Shown here: piece after piece, positions 62,746 to 64,000 of the stretch
Layout of the letters: each line of letters begins with the position of its first letter
Position numbering within the stretch: the stretch's first letter is position 1
NCBI GenBank assembly: GCA_963514005.1
Contig: OY740803.1
Coordinates: forward strand, 20,150,001 to 20,214,000
From: Raja brachyura
Taxonomy: Eukaryota
Reading direction: 5' to 3'
Length of the DNA: 64,000 bases
Notes under the pieces: generated by a model
The model's input: the letters and a program-made list of their open reading frames with translations, nothing else
Databases searched by the model: none
What the model was told of the DNA's origin: nothing
Made by a program: the position numbers and the translations under genes

Positions 62746-64000
62746 AGACATTAAAACCATGTATGGATGAAAAAACCATGGATATGTTTTCTTAGATCTC
62801 ACTTTGTTGGTTTCCAATCATGTTTAACACACTAGTCATAGAGTCATAGCGTCTTCCAGCATAGAAACAGGCCTTTTGGATGAACTTGCTCACACCGTTC
62901 AACATGTCCCATCTACACTAGTCCCACCTGCCTGCATTTGCCCCATATCCATCTAAACCTGTCCTATCCATTTACCTGTTTTAATGTTTCTTAAACTGGA
63001 ATCCAAAATAAATATAAATTCCATTGTTTCTAATTATCTCTTCCCAGGGGAATAAATTAACGTCTTGTTACTCAACATATTTGTTTTCACTTTTCTGACT
63101 GAAAAATTAAGTTGTGGCAATTGCATTTTAAGTGCCATTTTATACTTAATTCATAACAAAATCCCTTCCAGAATGTAGTAAGAGGCAGCAGAGTGGAGGC
63201 AAAAGGAATGGGAGATGCTGGAATTTTGAGTAAATTACAAAGTGCTGGAGTAACACTAGTCAGGCAGCAACTCTGAAAATAATGGATTGACGACATTTTG
63301 GGTTGGGACTGTTCTTCAGCCTATCCTTTGCTTCCACAGATGTTTTACTCAGAGGTCAGCAGAAGTCGTGTTGCCTTTGCACAGCATATTGCTTGAAGAA
63401 TGTAGGAAGTAATTGTAGATGCTGAAGATAGACATAATATGCTGGAGTAACTCAGCAGGACAGGCAACATCTCCGGAGAAAAGGAATGCTTGAAGAGGTT
63501 ACTATAATTAAAGTAGACATGCCAAAGGAAAAACTTTAATGGCCTGTATTGTATGGTCCCCTCTTTATTCAAGTGAGATTGGATAAACCGAGCAATATCA
63601 GTCCAATTAAAAATAACTTGGGTGTCAGCGAGATTATTTCTTATTATTGTGGTCTTTTCTATTCGACCATATGACCAACACCTTTTGTTAGTTTAGAGAT
63701 ACAGGAGGTTTTGAGTCCACGCCAACCATCAATTGTCTTTTCAAACTAGATCTATGTTATACCACTTTCTCAATCACTCCTTACACATTTGGGAAATGTA
63801 GAGGCTAATGACCCTACAAAGTTGCACGTCCTTGGAGTGTGGGAGGGACCCCGGGAGCACCCAGTGGAAACACAGGCCCAAACCCAAACCCAAACCCAGA
63901 AACAGGAAGCACATACAAACCCCATACAGAACAGCACCTGAGGTCAGGATCAAAACCATGTCTCTGGTGTTGTAAGGTAGCAACGCTATCTGCTGCTCCA

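Noticed and set aside
58767-62817. Numerous Pro/Gly/Ser-rich ORFs
   Set aside because: They are low-complexity translations of C-rich and G-rich repeat tracts with no domain signatures.
63570-63700. Hydrophobic stretch ITWVSARLFLIIVVFSI as the gene 2 TM exon
   Set aside because: It needs a poor GAG acceptor, the hydrophobic run is short, there is no donor, and the frame runs into a SINE tail and a stop.

Overview
Vertebrate genomic DNA, repeat-rich, most likely from a cartilaginous fish, probably a skate or ray. This is inferred from the HE1-type V-SINEs, HER1/CR1 LINEs and Penelope-derived palindromes. Two spliced immunoglobulin-superfamily genes can be built by hand on the + strand. Gene 1 (CDS 3076-10191, 6 coding exons, about 286 aa) is a complete B7-family-like type I membrane protein: leader, IgV, IgC, TM and a short Tyr-containing tail. 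Gene 2 (leader exon 48757-48814, IgV exon 57955-58299, remainder not found) is a CD28/CTLA4/CD7-like single-V receptor. It has the CD28-type extra cysteine pair but no MYPPPY motif, and sits behind a promoter with T-cell-type motifs. The two genes start about 46 kb apart, so they are a candidate linked ligand/receptor pair, which is the main lead in this window. The rest is transposable elements: a full-length CR1 nested in another CR1, a DIRS1 retrotransposon with ITRs and ICR, Tc1, Rex1, an L2-group LINE, a bipartite RTE derivative, hAT-like elements, a tandem Helitron-like array and Penelope ends carrying hammerhead cores. There are also local tandem duplications and one assembly gap (58399-58550). 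All family assignments come from motif recognition; no database search was run.
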